Shown here: piece after piece, positions 18,484 through 28,927 of the stretch
How positions within the stretch are numbered: the first letter of the stretch is position 1
How the letters are laid out: the number at the start of each line of letters is the position of its first letter
From: Verrucomicrobiales bacterium
GTDB lineage: Bacteria; Verrucomicrobiota; Verrucomicrobiia; Verrucomicrobiales; V1-33
Length of the DNA stretch: 64,000 bases
Assembly: GCA_031411295.1 (NCBI GenBank)
Contig: JANOAV010000060.1
Coordinates: 1 to 64,000, forward strand
Direction: 5' to 3'
Notes under the pieces: generated by a model
The model's input: the letters and a program-made list of their open reading frames with translations, nothing else
The model's database searches: none
Told to the model about the DNA's origin: nothing
Program-made: the position numbers and the translations under genes

Positions 18484-18858
18484 TCAAAGGAAAGCGATGC
18501 GGTCGATTTGGCCACGGTAACGATCCAACGGAGCGGTGTGGCTTACCATGGTGTTGAACACGAGAAATACCACACATTTGGAGGACACGTGCAGCGTGCC
18601 AATCTCCACTCGCTGATTGGTGAGCTTGGCACACAGGAGCGCAAATCGGTGGTAAATCGCGTCGATTTCCGCCGAGCTAATTCCCGTAACCACACCGTCC
18701 GCGGACACTCCGAACAGGACCAACCCACCGTTGCACCACTGCATGTCACAAAAGAGCCTGGCCATGCGGTAGGCATTTGGCGTCGCCTCCTCAAATATGA
18801 CGGACTGCGAGTAAGCAGCAATGAGAGTCGTCAACGAAGTGCAGGAGGTGAGGGCCAT
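18484..18858 (-). CDS. Small Schlafen/AlbA_2-like domain protein
   Basis: 'VIFEE....RMARLFCDM..NGGLVLFGVSADGVVTGIS' matches the AlbA_2 pattern EFK..AFAN..GG.L.IGV.D.G...G. Confidence 0.55.
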   Translation of the reverse strand: MALTSCTSLTTLIAAYSQSVIFEEATPNAYRMARLFCDMQWCNGGLVLFGVSADGVVTGISSAEIDAIYHRFALLCAKLTNQRVEIGTLHVSSKCVVFLVFNTMVSHTAPLDRYRGQIDRIAFL

Positions 18859-18975
18859 GGCGTTGGAGGTGAAGGGCGGAGCACTAGCATCCTAGCGGAA
18901 AGTCGAGGCTGGGGCAAGAGCTATATTTTATGAGTGCAAGCGTGGTGGCATATGGTAAGCGTTTACCCCATCCAT

Positions 18976-20121
18976 ATGAACAACCTTCAAGATCCCTTCC
19001 GCAATGCGCGCACCACCGTAGGCGTGCTCCAATGCCCCTTCAACGGGGAGAATATCACCATGCTGCTGCGTCATGAAGATGTCCGGCGGGCGGCCAAGAA
19101 TTGGCACACATTTAGTTCAGACGCACCTTTCCGGGTCCCGATCCCTTCTGAGGAAGGGGTGCGAACGATGCGGCAACTTCCCATCGAAACGAATCCGCCG
19201 GAGCACACGGATTATCGGAAAATCACCGATCCCTTTTTCCAGCGCGCCAAGGATCCCGTGGTCATGGCCAGCATTGAGCGATTGATGGGCGACATGCTCC
19301 AATCCGCGCTGGAGCAAGAATCGGTAGAAATCGTAAACGACTTCGCCCTGCCGTTCCAGTCCCGCGCACTAACTTACCTGCTCAACGTGCCGGAATCCGA
19401 GGCGGACATTTGGATCGGCTGGGGGATTCACGTTTTCAAGGTGACGGGCGGAGAGTTCAAGCAAGGCAACGTGCTGGAGGACTACCTGCACCAGCAATTC
19501 GATCGCGCCACCGCCAACCCTGGCGATGACTTCTTCAGCGCACTAACCACCGCAACGTTTCAAGGACGTCCGTTGACTCGCGAGGAAATGATGGGTTTTG
19601 CGAACCTGGCCTTTGCCGGCGGACGGGACACGATCATTCACACCATTTCCTGTGCGTTAGGATATCTGGCCCAGCACCCCGAAGCTCTGGATTATCTGCG
19701 GGAGGATCCCGGCCGCATCATCCACGCCAGCGAAGAGTTCTTCCGCGTCTTCATGCCGTTGACGCACATCGGGCGCGTCTGTCCGGAAGGGGCCACCATT
19801 CATGGCGTCACGGTGCCAGCGGGCGATCGGATCTCCCTCTGCTGGGCCTCGGCAAATCTCGATGAAGCCGCCTTCGAATCGCCTCACGAAATCCGCCTGA
19901 ACCGCAAACCCAATCCACATCTATCCTTCGGCTTTGGGGCCCACTTATGCATGGGCGCGCCCCATGCCAGGCTAATTTTACGAACGCTGCTAAAACTCTG
20001 TTGCGAGAAGGTTCAACGCATTTCTCTGCTGGCCGCGACAGAGCAGGTCGAACATGAAGCAAAGTTCGATCGGGCCCTGGGGTATGAGTCCCTCACGGTA
20101 AAGTTGGTGCCCATTTCGTGA
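18976..20121 (+). CDS. Cytochrome P450
   Basis: 'NPPEHTDYRK', I-helix 'AFAGGRDT', K-helix 'EEFFR' and heme-thiolate 'HLSFGFGAHLCMG'. Confidence 0.95.
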   Translation: MNNLQDPFRNARTTVGVLQCPFNGENITMLLRHEDVRRAAKNWHTFSSDAPFRVPIPSEEGVRTMRQLPIETNPPEHTDYRKITDPFFQRAKDPVVMASIERLMGDMLQSALEQESVEIVNDFALPFQSRALTYLLNVPESEADIWIGWGIHVFKVTGGEFKQGNVLEDYLHQQFDRATANPGDDFFSALTTATFQGRPLTREEMMGFANLAFAGGRDTIIHTISCALGYLAQHPEALDYLREDPGRIIHASEEFFRVFMPLTHIGRVCPEGATIHGVTVPAGDRISLCWASANLDEAAFESPHEIRLNRKPNPHLSFGFGAHLCMGAPHARLILRTLLKLCCEKVQRISLLAATEQVEHEAKFDRALGYESLTVKLVPIS

Positions 20122-20199
20122 ACCAAAGCGCAATCTCACGGCGTAACGAAGGAAATCCAGCAAGATCAAGCTGCAGCAGAGCCCGGTGAGCAATGTGGG

Positions 20200-21231
20200 C
20201 TACTGGTCTTGCCCATCGGCATCCGCAACTCTAGCGGAATCCTCGGTCGTCTCATCCGATGCTTCATCCATGGCCTCGTCCGGAGCATCCTCAGGATCCT
20301 CTTCTGGTTCCTCAGCAGGAAGCTCGGTGCCATCGTCATCTTCTTCCGGGGCCTCATAAACGAACTCTTGCCCGCGAGGAGCGGTTTGTCTGGGGGCGGG
20401 TTCGATGATAACGTGTTGCTCCTCGGAGGACGGCTCGGGGAGTGCGGTCTTTTCTTTCTTAACGCGTTTTGGCTTCGGTTCCACGGGCGGAGCAGAGCCA
20501 TCCAGCGGGAGTTCCTCGTGCTCGGCGGCGGTGGGCGCACCTTTCTTGCCCTTGGTGGGCTTGGGGGCGGGCTCGTCCTCTGGTTCAGGCAATTTCACCG
20601 CACGCAATTCTGCGGCGTTAGGCAAATCATCCACCGTCTTGATGCCGAAGTGCTCCAGGAACAAATCCGTCGTTTCATAAAGCAATGGCCGACCCGGTAA
20701 ATCCGCCCGTCCCGCTATGCGCACGACGTTTCGATCCAACAGCGTCTGCATGGGGCCATCCACACTAACACCGCGCACCGCCTCGATGCTGGACCGCGTG
20801 ACGGGCTGCCGATAGGCGATGATGGCCAGCGTTTCCAACGCGCTCTGGCTCAGGCGGCTGGGTTTCTTCTCAGGGAAAAGTTGTCGCACCCACGGGGCGT
20901 AGTCAGGCCGGGCCGCAATGCGATAACCCGTGGGGCGTTCGATGAGGGTGAAGGCTCGGCCGGTTTCTTGATAGTTTCGCACCAGATTCAGGATTGCTTC
21001 CGTGACTTGTTCCTCGGTCACATCTGCGTAGCGCAGCATCATCATGGTGTGATCGTCCAACGGTTCCGCGGGTTCGTCGAAGCTGTCGAGCTGTTCCAAG
21101 CTGGCGTCCGCCACGGCTTTCTGAGCCTTGGCGGGAGCCGCTGCGGTGGTGATGACGCGGGCCATCTCCCGGGCGGATACTCCATCCGGGGAGGCAAAGA
21201 TCAGGGCTTCGACGACGTGTTCCAGTTCCAT
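20200..21231 (-). CDS. scpB: SMC-Scp complex subunit ScpB with a long acidic C-terminal tail
   Basis: 'VEALIFAS', 'LSQSALETLAIIAYRQPVTRSSIEAVRGV', 'PGRPLLYETTDLFLEHFG'. Confidence 0.95.
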   Translation of the reverse strand: MELEHVVEALIFASPDGVSAREMARVITTAAAPAKAQKAVADASLEQLDSFDEPAEPLDDHTMMMLRYADVTEEQVTEAILNLVRNYQETGRAFTLIERPTGYRIAARPDYAPWVRQLFPEKKPSRLSQSALETLAIIAYRQPVTRSSIEAVRGVSVDGPMQTLLDRNVVRIAGRADLPGRPLLYETTDLFLEHFGIKTVDDLPNAAELRAVKLPEPEDEPAPKPTKGKKGAPTAAEHEELPLDGSAPPVEPKPKRVKKEKTALPEPSSEEQHVIIEPAPRQTAPRGQEFVYEAPEEDDDGTELPAEEPEEDPEDAPDEAMDEASDETTEDSARVADADGQDQ

Positions 21232-21242
21232 GTTAGTCTATA

Positions 21243-22001
21243 TCAAGCATTTTCATTTCGGGTCAATTCAATGGTGCCGAGCATCGTGTCCTGACGCACG
21301 CGGAATTGGCGTAATTTGATCAATTCCAGCATGGCGATAAAGGTGACAATCATTTCGTCCCGCGTGCATCCATACGGGAAGAGCGCCAACAGCCCAATAC
21401 TCTCGCCCGGCTTGACGTGCTTCAGCAAATACTCAATTTTATCCGCCACGGTCCAGCGTTCATCCACGATCTCGCGCAGTTCCGGGCCAGCCGTGGGCTC
21501 GTCTGCGTTGAAGCGATCCAGTATTTTTTGGAATGCTTGAATGAGATCGAAGATGCCCAGTTCCTTGGGAAATGGTTCCGGTCCATCGTCCACTTCCATG
21601 CCTTCCGGAGCTTCCGGCACGGCGGGGAAGAAATTCTCATTTTGCAACGCCCGACGTTGTAGGAAACTGGCTGCGTCCTTGAATTTCTTATACTCGATGA
21701 GCTGTCGGATCAGCTCCCAGCGGGGATCATCCTCCTCCGCTTCTTCCTCCGGCAACTGCACCTGCTTGGGCAGCAGCGTGCGACTCTTCATATACATCAA
21801 ATTTGCCGCCATGACCACGAACTCCCCGGCCAGATCGATGTTCAGCATCTTGAAGGCGTTCATGTATTCCAGATACTGCTTGGTGATGCGCTCCAGGGAG
21901 AGATCATGCACATCCACCTCGTCCTTCTTCGCTAAATAGAGAAGCAGGTCGAGCGGGCCTTCGAAGATTTCGAGTTTAACTTTATAGGGTTCTTCTACCA
22001 C
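21243..22001 (-). CDS. scpA: Segregation and condensation protein A
   Basis: 'FEGPLDLLLYL', 'AGEFVVMAANLMYMKSRTLLP', 'DPRWELIRQLIEYKKFK', 'VTFIAMLELIK'. Confidence 0.96.
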   Translation of the reverse strand: MVEEPYKVKLEIFEGPLDLLLYLAKKDEVDVHDLSLERITKQYLEYMNAFKMLNIDLAGEFVVMAANLMYMKSRTLLPKQVQLPEEEAEEDDPRWELIRQLIEYKKFKDAASFLQRRALQNENFFPAVPEAPEGMEVDDGPEPFPKELGIFDLIQAFQKILDRFNADEPTAGPELREIVDERWTVADKIEYLLKHVKPGESIGLLALFPYGCTRDEMIVTFIAMLELIKLRQFRVRQDTMLGTIELTRNENA

Positions 22002-22372
22002 GACAGCAAGGATGGGGGGGAATCAGGAGGATTTCCGAGGGGCGGGCCATTTAACGCAGGGTTGCCACCGGGGCAAGCCGGAAAAGCTTGGAGATTTTTT
22101 GCGGGAGCAAGGGCCGAGCTGAACCGGAACGGTGGACCGCACAGTCCTCTGTGCGGAGGCGATGACTTCGTGCGCAGCTTCACCCGACCCCACTGATGTT
22201 ACCAGAGTCACTTTTGCATCTTTTTGGCACAGTCCGAGCAGCGGCCCTGGCAGCAGTCATTATTGGCTGACTGTGGAAAACCCGTAATCGCGAGCACAAA
22301 CGACGCGCCTCGATTCCGCAATGGTGATACCGTCCATTTCCCTCTCAGCTGATTATTTAATTCACTTATCTC

Positions 22373-23341
22373 ATGACCCGCGTCCTCCTAACCTTCCTTC
22401 TCATCCCCAGCTTCACTCTCGCCGAGGACAAACCTGCGGCTCCCGCCACGCTTCCGGGCAAAGGACTGGCGCAGCATGATTTCTTCTATGCGGGTGAGGG
22501 GAAAGAGCGTCGGGCATACATTGTTAAGAAGGGTGAGATCGTGTGGAGTTACGATGATCCCGCTGGCAAGGGGGAGATCAGCGATGCCATTCTGCTGGGA
22601 AATGGCAACGTGCTGCTGGCGCATCAGCATGCCGTGAAGTTGATTTCTCCTGAGAAGAAAGTGCTGTGGAATTATGATGCCCCGGCGGGCTGTGAGATCC
22701 ACACCGCACAGGCCATCGGGAAGGATCATGTGCTCTTTGTGCAGAATGGCGATCCTGCTATTGTAAAAGTGGTAAACATCACCACGGGCGCGACGAAGCG
22801 CGAATTCTCCATCCCTGCGGGCAATCCCAAGAGCGTGCATGGGCAGTTCCGCCATGCGCGGCTCACCGCTGCGGGAACCCTGCTGGTGGCGCATATGGAC
22901 GCGGGGAAAATTTCCGAATACAACGCAGAGGGAAAGGAGATCTGGTCACTGCCGGCACCGAAATGTTGGGGCGTTAGTGAACTGAAGAACGGCCACCTGT
23001 TGATCAGTGGCGGCAACGGCGCGCAAGAGGTGACACGGGAGGGGAAAATCGTGTGGGAATTCAAACGGGAGGATGCTCCAGATTACGCTCTGGCGAATTT
23101 TCAACTTGCTTGGAGGCTCCCGAATGGCAATACCATCGTCAACTGTTGGTTCAATCAGTGGAGCGGGAAACTGGATCCAATCAACGCTCCAGTGCAGGCG
23201 CTGGAGGTCACGCCTGACAATAAAATCGTCTGGGCACTGCGTTCGTGGGAGAAGCCGGACCTCGGCCCGTCCACCACCATTCAAGTGCTGGATGAGGCAG
23301 CGGAACCAGCGGAGAATGTTCATTTCGGGGATATCAGATAA
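22373..23341 (+). CDS. Secreted beta-propeller protein (PQQ/arylsulfotransferase-like repeats)
   Basis: Signal peptide. Repeats 'GEIVWSY', 'KKVLWNY', 'GKEIWSL', 'GKIVWEF', 'NKIVWAL' and 'LxNGN/H.L'. Confidence 0.75.
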   Translation: MTRVLLTFLLIPSFTLAEDKPAAPATLPGKGLAQHDFFYAGEGKERRAYIVKKGEIVWSYDDPAGKGEISDAILLGNGNVLLAHQHAVKLISPEKKVLWNYDAPAGCEIHTAQAIGKDHVLFVQNGDPAIVKVVNITTGATKREFSIPAGNPKSVHGQFRHARLTAAGTLLVAHMDAGKISEYNAEGKEIWSLPAPKCWGVSELKNGHLLISGGNGAQEVTREGKIVWEFKREDAPDYALANFQLAWRLPNGNTIVNCWFNQWSGKLDPINAPVQALEVTPDNKIVWALRSWEKPDLGPSTTIQVLDEAAEPAENVHFGDIR

Positions 23342-23443
23342 CAACAGCGTTCCCATCCGCACCCCAGCATGAGTTCGGTCTTGACGATTCTGCCGCTGCC
23401 GGGCTTGCTGAGGCAATACTTTTAACCAATTAACATCCAAATT

Positions 23444-24433
23444 ATGAAACTAACTTCACTCCATTTCCTAACCACTTTATACTCCATTGGTCTGGCCTGC
23501 AGCGCGCTGGCGGATACCCCCTACACCGGTCGCTGGGCGCTGACGATTCCTGGCGGCGGGGCCGGATGGCTGGGGGTGGAGGAAAAGGGCGGAGCGCTGA
23601 GCGCTTCCATTCTGTGGGGCGGCGGCAGCGTGGTTCCCGTGCAGGGCGTGAAGGTGGTGGACGGAAAATTGCTCGTCACCCGCGTTAACAAAAACAAAAA
23701 GAAGAACGTGGAAGGGAAGGAGGTTCAGGTTACGGACACAGAGACCATCACGGCCACAGCCACAGGCGATGCTTTGGCGCTGACAACGGAACACGCGGAT
23801 GATCTGGGCAGTAAATCCAAACCCGTGGCTTTCACCGGAAAGAAAATCGCCCCGCTTCCAGCCGCACCTGATTTGAAGATGGTGAAATATGCTGCCCCTA
23901 TCACGTTGTTTAATGGCAAAGATCTCACTGGCTGGCGTCTGCTCGATCCCAAGGCTGACAATGGTTGGAGCGTGGTCGATGGCGTGTTGCAGAATCGGGT
24001 GGAAAAGGGAAAGCACCATGGCAATCTGCGCACGGAAGCGGAATTTACAGACTTCAATTTGAAGCTGGAACTGAAGACGCAGGCCAACAGCAACAGCGGC
24101 ATTTATCTGCGCGGCATTTACGAAGTCCAAGTGGCGGAGTCCTTCGGCAAGGCGCTGGATCCGCATAACATGGGGGCGCTCTACAGCCGCATTACCCCAT
24201 CTGTGGCGGCTGAGAAGGCAATTGGCGAATGGCAGACGCTGGACATCACGCTGGTGCAACGTCACCTCACCGTGATCCTCAACGGCAAAACCATCATCCA
24301 CAACCAGCCCGTGTTAGGATGCACCGGTGGTGCGCTCTGGAGCGATGAAACCAAGCCCGGCCCGCTTTACTTGCAAGGCGATCACACCAACATCGATTAT
24401 CGGAACATCGTGCTGACCCCGGTAGCGAAGTAA
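23444..24433 (+). CDS. DUF1080 (3-keto-disaccharide hydrolase-like) secreted protein
   Basis: 'LFNGKDLTGW', 'NSGIYLRGIYEVQV', 'GPLYLQGDH..IDYRNI'. Confidence 0.9.
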   Translation: MKLTSLHFLTTLYSIGLACSALADTPYTGRWALTIPGGGAGWLGVEEKGGALSASILWGGGSVVPVQGVKVVDGKLLVTRVNKNKKKNVEGKEVQVTDTETITATATGDALALTTEHADDLGSKSKPVAFTGKKIAPLPAAPDLKMVKYAAPITLFNGKDLTGWRLLDPKADNGWSVVDGVLQNRVEKGKHHGNLRTEAEFTDFNLKLELKTQANSNSGIYLRGIYEVQVAESFGKALDPHNMGALYSRITPSVAAEKAIGEWQTLDITLVQRHLTVILNGKTIIHNQPVLGCTGGALWSDETKPGPLYLQGDHTNIDYRNIVLTPVAK

Positions 24434-24479
24434 TTGCGAGGAATCACGCTCAGTGCAAGGGCACCTAACTGGAGTGCCT

Positions 24480-27400
24480 TTAGGCAACGGCAGCGCGACG
24501 TTCCCGGAAGCCGATGATCCCCAAGAGCAGCAGGCTGGTCAGGAGCGCTCCTGGTTCTGGGACCGGCACCAGTTCCCCGGTGCCGGCGAGGAAACCTGCC
24601 CCCACGCCGATGGGGGTGATGCCGTTATCGCTGTAGAACTGGATGGCTGTCAGCTGGGCGTTGGAGAGAGAAGTGACATTTGGGAACAGGATAAATTCCG
24701 ATCCGCTGGAGTGGGCGAACACGCCGCCGCCCCAATTCCAAACTTGCAGGAGTCCAGTCCAGCTCGGGCTGCTGCTATCGGCAAATGTCAGGCTCGAGGT
24801 GTCGCTCGTGAAATCGATGACACTATTGGCGCTGACGTTGAGGGTATCTGAGACCGCGTCATACCCCCCAGTCTTAAGGATGCCACCGCTGAGGGCGAGT
24901 TTGGCTCCGACAGGCAGGGCCGTGGGGGAACCCATGAGCAGAGTCCCGCCCGCAATATTGGTGGAACCACTATAGGTGTTGTTTCCGTTCGCAGTCCAAG
25001 TTCCAGTCCCTTGTTTAGTGATACTGCCACCGCTGCCAATGACGTTCCCGCTGAAAGTGGCATCCGCATTGCTGCTCATGGTGACGTTTTTCAGTCCCAG
25101 ATCCACGCTAGATCCAGCTACCCCGGAGATGGTGGCGATCGTTTCGCTGGCACCCGTGATCGCTGCAATGCTAAATTTAGACGTGCTGGTCATCAGGTGC
25201 AACGAACTGGTATCCGCCAGCGATCCGGATGCGATTAATGCTAACGTGCCGGACTTGATCAAGGTGTTGCCGGCGTAGGTATTGGCGTTGGTTAGTTCCA
25301 GCACCCCCTCCCCGGTTTTGAGCAGGTCAAAGTTTCCGCCACCCGCAATGATCCCAGAGAGGCGGGTTGCATCTGTGGCTGAGGACGGATTGTCTATCAC
25401 CCGGACTTCACGTGCGAAATACGCCGTCCCAGATCCTTCATCAAGACTGAGGCTGTTGGTAAAATCAAGGCGGCTGTCGGATTTGGTGGAGCCCATAATC
25501 AAGCTGTGGCCATTCTGGAGGAAGCCAGCGGCATTCCACGCTAGGGAAGCTGGGGTGGCACCCCCAACGGTCGTCACCAGAGTAACGGTCGCATCCCCGC
25601 CAATGGCGGAGAACCCGCCGTCGCTGCGCGCGGTAGTTCCCCCTTCCCATTTGATCGTGCCGCCACTGGCAGTGCCCACGGTAGTGCTGGATCCAAGCGC
25701 TCGAATGAGGGTTCCGCCTCCACTGATCTCCAATACCCCGCCATATAAATTTAGATTCGTAAATGTTCCACCTGCGCTGGTGCCTCCGCCCAGCGTCGTC
25801 AGAGAACCTCGCAGGACCCCTTGGAGCACATTCACATTTTGCACTGCGGTGAAGTTGATCTGATTGGTGGCCCCATTCAGATTCAGGGTGCCAAGGCCGG
25901 ATTTATTGAATGGCTGGCCGGCTCCGGAAAAACTTAGAGCGACATTGAGCGTCGCTGCTGGATCCATCACGTGCACGTAGCGCGTTCCCGCAACGGTGCC
26001 GAAGAGGGACCCAGTCGTGCCGATGATACTGAAATCGTTAGTGCCAGTCAACATCACGGCCGTGGTATTAATGGAGTTTGTTCCAGCCCCAAGGCTTTGT
26101 CCGCTGGCGGTGGGGCTGATTTTCAGCAGCATGGGTGTGCTTACCGCTCCCAAATTAGCGCTCAGTGTCGTCGTTGTGGTGGACGGAGTGAAATTGGTTA
26201 GCTCCCAAGCCGCAGCGGAGGCCAGGGTTGCGGAATCGCGAGCAGTATCAGCCAGGGCCACGATGCCATTGGCCCCGACGCCGGCCCAACTGTTGGAATT
26301 GGCGGTGGCCCAACCGAAGGTGGTATTGGTAGCGCTACTGGTGTTCGCCAACGCCCCGTTCGTGGTATTAGTGAAGATACCGGTGCCCGTAAAGGTGATG
26401 CGGGGATTGGCTCCTGCTGTCCCGAGTGTGCCGCCGAGGCCCACAAAATTCACCGTGCCCGCAGTGCTGTCACGCAGGGTGCCAGCGTCCGTGAAATTGA
26501 GCACGGTGCCGCTTGCTCCTCCATTGTGGGTCACACTGATCGTAGCAGCGGAGGAACTCATGGTGAAGCTGCCGATGGTTTCATTACTGCCGTCGGTGGC
26601 ATTGCCGATCAAGGCCAGGGTTCCTCCGAAAAAGGCCGGGTTAAATTTATCTGGCAGGCGTCCGTTGGCGGAAGCGGTGTTGCCGGCCGTGTTGTCCAGA
26701 ATAAGGGAGCCGTTGCGCAGGTTCATCGTCATGGCATTGGCTCCGGCGGAGGTTCCCAGCACACCACTGGTGGCACCGGCCCCCGTGAGTTTCAAGGTGG
26801 CCGCGTTATTGATGGTGATGGTGCCAGTGATGCCACTCAAATCACCATTGATGGTTTGGGTGACCCCGTGGCCCGCCCGCAACGTGAAGCCGCCGGTGGT
26901 AGTGATAAGGCCCGAGAAGGTGGCATCCGTCAACGCCATGACGTTTAGAGTGCCGCCGCTGCCAGGAATAACGCTGCCGCTGCCGCTCAGCGAACCCACC
27001 CGGAAATCGGCAGTTCCCCCCGTCCCAAGCGTGGTGAGGGAGGTGCCACTGGCAAGGTTCACGGCATTGGAGCGCAGCACGGTGCTGCCGCTGTTCCCTC
27101 CCGTGCCAGCTTGCAGGGTGCCGCCAGTCACATTGATGCCCCCAAACAAAGAGCCGGTCCCGTTCGCGCCATCCAGCACCAAAGTTCCGGCCCCGCTCTT
27201 GGTAAAGCCATTGGTGCCTGCCAGCCCTAGATTCAATGTCAGCGTGCTACCAGTGGCGACGTCGATCACAGATTTTATAGCACCATTGAGAGTAAGCGTT
27301 TGGCTGGTGCCGGTTACGGTGTAGGCACCGGCTGCGGTGGGGGCGACGAAGAGATCATTTACCGAAATGCCTGTGCTGAGCGTCAGCATGCCAGCAGTTC

Positions 27401-27662
27401 CCTGGAGCAAGGCATCGTTATTCTCACCCGGGTTGCCCCAGGGATTCAGCGGGCCTGTTGACGATCCCAGCCGCCAGAGGGCAGCCGTGGTATCCCAACT
27501 GCCAGTGCCACCGATAGCGGCAGAGCCGTCTCCGTCCGCATCCCAAAAGTAATCGGCGGCGTGGAGCACGGGGATCAACGCGGATGCGAGCAGGCCTCCA
27601 AGACAAAGGGAGGAAAGTTTGCGAGGCGACGAGCCGATGCCTCTATGGTCGGGAAAATTCAT
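24480..27662 (-). CDS. PEP-CTERM surface protein with autotransporter-associated beta-strand repeats
   Basis: Signal peptide, then 'ADYFWDADG..GGTGSWDT'. Repeats 'GFTKSGAGTLVL', 'LLKTGEGVLELTNANTYAGNT', 'ITKQGTGTWTANGNNTYSGST'. C-terminus VPEPGALLTSLLLLGIIGFRERR. Confidence 0.92.
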   Translation of the reverse strand: MNFPDHRGIGSSPRKLSSLCLGGLLASALIPVLHAADYFWDADGDGSAAIGGTGSWDTTAALWRLGSSTGPLNPWGNPGENNDALLQGTAGMLTLSTGISVNDLFVAPTAAGAYTVTGTSQTLTLNGAIKSVIDVATGSTLTLNLGLAGTNGFTKSGAGTLVLDGANGTGSLFGGINVTGGTLQAGTGGNSGSTVLRSNAVNLASGTSLTTLGTGGTADFRVGSLSGSGSVIPGSGGTLNVMALTDATFSGLITTTGGFTLRAGHGVTQTINGDLSGITGTITINNAATLKLTGAGATSGVLGTSAGANAMTMNLRNGSLILDNTAGNTASANGRLPDKFNPAFFGGTLALIGNATDGSNETIGSFTMSSSAATISVTHNGGASGTVLNFTDAGTLRDSTAGTVNFVGLGGTLGTAGANPRITFTGTGIFTNTTNGALANTSSATNTTFGWATANSNSWAGVGANGIVALADTARDSATLASAAAWELTNFTPSTTTTTLSANLGAVSTPMLLKISPTASGQSLGAGTNSINTTAVMLTGTNDFSIIGTTGSLFGTVAGTRYVHVMDPAATLNVALSFSGAGQPFNKSGLGTLNLNGATNQINFTAVQNVNVLQGVLRGSLTTLGGGTSAGGTFTNLNLYGGVLEISGGGTLIRALGSSTTVGTASGGTIKWEGGTTARSDGGFSAIGGDATVTLVTTVGGATPASLAWNAAGFLQNGHSLIMGSTKSDSRLDFTNSLSLDEGSGTAYFAREVRVIDNPSSATDATRLSGIIAGGGNFDLLKTGEGVLELTNANTYAGNTLIKSGTLALIASGSLADTSSLHLMTSTSKFSIAAITGASETIATISGVAGSSVDLGLKNVTMSSNADATFSGNVIGSGGSITKQGTGTWTANGNNTYSGSTNIAGGTLLMGSPTALPVGAKLALSGGILKTGGYDAVSDTLNVSANSVIDFTSDTSSLTFADSSSPSWTGLLQVWNWGGGVFAHSSGSEFILFPNVTSLSNAQLTAIQFYSDNGITPIGVGAGFLAGTGELVPVPEPGALLTSLLLLGIIGFRERRAAVA

Positions 27663-27983
27663 GAGAAAAGTAGGTTAGATGGGGTGTGCAGGGCGGGGAT
27701 TACACTAGGAATGGTGAGCAGATTAGTTGCCAACCTACTCAATAATGTCGAATTTGTGTCCGCACTGATCAACCGCAGGAGCACAGTCTGGGGACGCTTT
27801 ATCCAGTGCGGGGGCATTCCCCGAGCGTTGGCAGCGGAGGCATCCGACCCACCGAAGTCCTCCCTTCCCGCTTTTGCTTCCCTCTTTTGCGTGGCGGAAT
27901 GCGCAATCCTGACCTTGTCAAAATCACTCCCCCACTCACAATGAAGCATGGCTGACCACAGCCGCCAACCTTCACTTCAACTC

Positions 27984-28886
27984 ATGAAATTCTCTATACT
28001 ACTCACCCTCCCGCTCTTCACCCTAACCACCGCGTGGTCCCAAAAAGTGGCCGCACCGGATCAGGTCGAGAAAGTAAAATCTGCGCTGCCTGCCACGCCC
28101 GCAGCCAAACCCAACGGCAAGCATGAGGTGCTGGTGTTCTCCAAGACCAACGGTTTCCGCCACAGCAGCATTGAACTGGGCGTGGAGGCGATGAAGCTTC
28201 TGGGCGAGAAGACTGGGGTCTTCAATGTCACCGCCACGGAGGACGACAAAGCCTTTGAGCCTGACAGCTTGAAGAAATTTGCGGCCGTGATTTTCTTGAA
28301 CACCACGGGCGAACTCTTCCGTCCCAAGGATTTCAAGGGCACGCCGGAAGAAACCAAGGCCATGACGGAGCGCGAAGCACTGCTGAAGAAAACTTTGATC
28401 GATTTCGTGAACAGCGGCAAGGGCGTGATCGGTTTCCACTCTGCGACGGATACCTTTGCGGGCTGGAAAGACTATCATGACATGATGGGCGGCGTGTTTG
28501 GTGGGCATCCTTGGCATGAAAAGATCGGCGTGCAGAATGTCGATCCGGGCAACCCCATCAACAAGGCTTTCAATCAGACGAACTTCGACATCACCGATGA
28601 AATTTACCAATGGAAGCCCGGCAGTTTCTCCACCGATAACCACCGGGTGCTGCTGGCCATCGACAAGGCCAAGACCAATATGGAGAAGGGCGGCACGAAC
28701 GGCAAAGACGCCCTCTATCCTATTTCTGTGATGCGGAAATATGGCAAAGGCCGCTGCTTCTATTGCTCGCTGGGCCATCGCGAGGAAATTTACTGGAACC
28801 CCACCATCCTTCAGCACTATCTGGCGGGAATTCAATTCGCGCTGGGTGATCTGGAAGCGGAAGCCGCGCCAAAGAACGTCCCGTAG
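27984..28886 (+). CDS. ThuA (trehalose-utilisation, class I GATase-like) domain secreted protein
   Basis: 'VLVFSKTNGFRHSSI', 'FLNTTGE', 'GFHSATD', 'GGHPW', 'DEIY', 'GKGRCFYCSLGH'. Confidence 0.9.
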   Translation: MKFSILLTLPLFTLTTAWSQKVAAPDQVEKVKSALPATPAAKPNGKHEVLVFSKTNGFRHSSIELGVEAMKLLGEKTGVFNVTATEDDKAFEPDSLKKFAAVIFLNTTGELFRPKDFKGTPEETKAMTEREALLKKTLIDFVNSGKGVIGFHSATDTFAGWKDYHDMMGGVFGGHPWHEKIGVQNVDPGNPINKAFNQTNFDITDEIYQWKPGSFSTDNHRVLLAIDKAKTNMEKGGTNGKDALYPISVMRKYGKGRCFYCSLGHREEIYWNPTILQHYLAGIQFALGDLEAEAAPKNVP

Positions 28887-28927
28887 GGAAAAGGTCTCGT
28901 TACCAGACCATCCCTCCCAAGAGCAGA

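Noticed and set aside
18351..18515. N-terminal extension of the 590-aa ORF
   Set aside because: It overlaps the upstream AlbA_2-like gene. A clean signal peptide begins at ATG 18350.
22110..22191. tRNA, tmRNA or SRP RNA identity for the scpA-upstream hairpin
   Set aside because: CCGGTTCAGCTCGG only loosely resembles a T-arm. There are no D or anticodon arms, no CCA end and no SRP CAGG..GGAA..AGCAG motif.
25996..27324. 442-aa plus-strand ORF and similar long antisense ORFs (e.g. 2139-2918, 3530-4423, 23477-24301, 28023-28835, 37101-37910)
   Set aside because: These are shadow frames opposite well-supported genes with biased codon usage, and they have no recognisable motifs.
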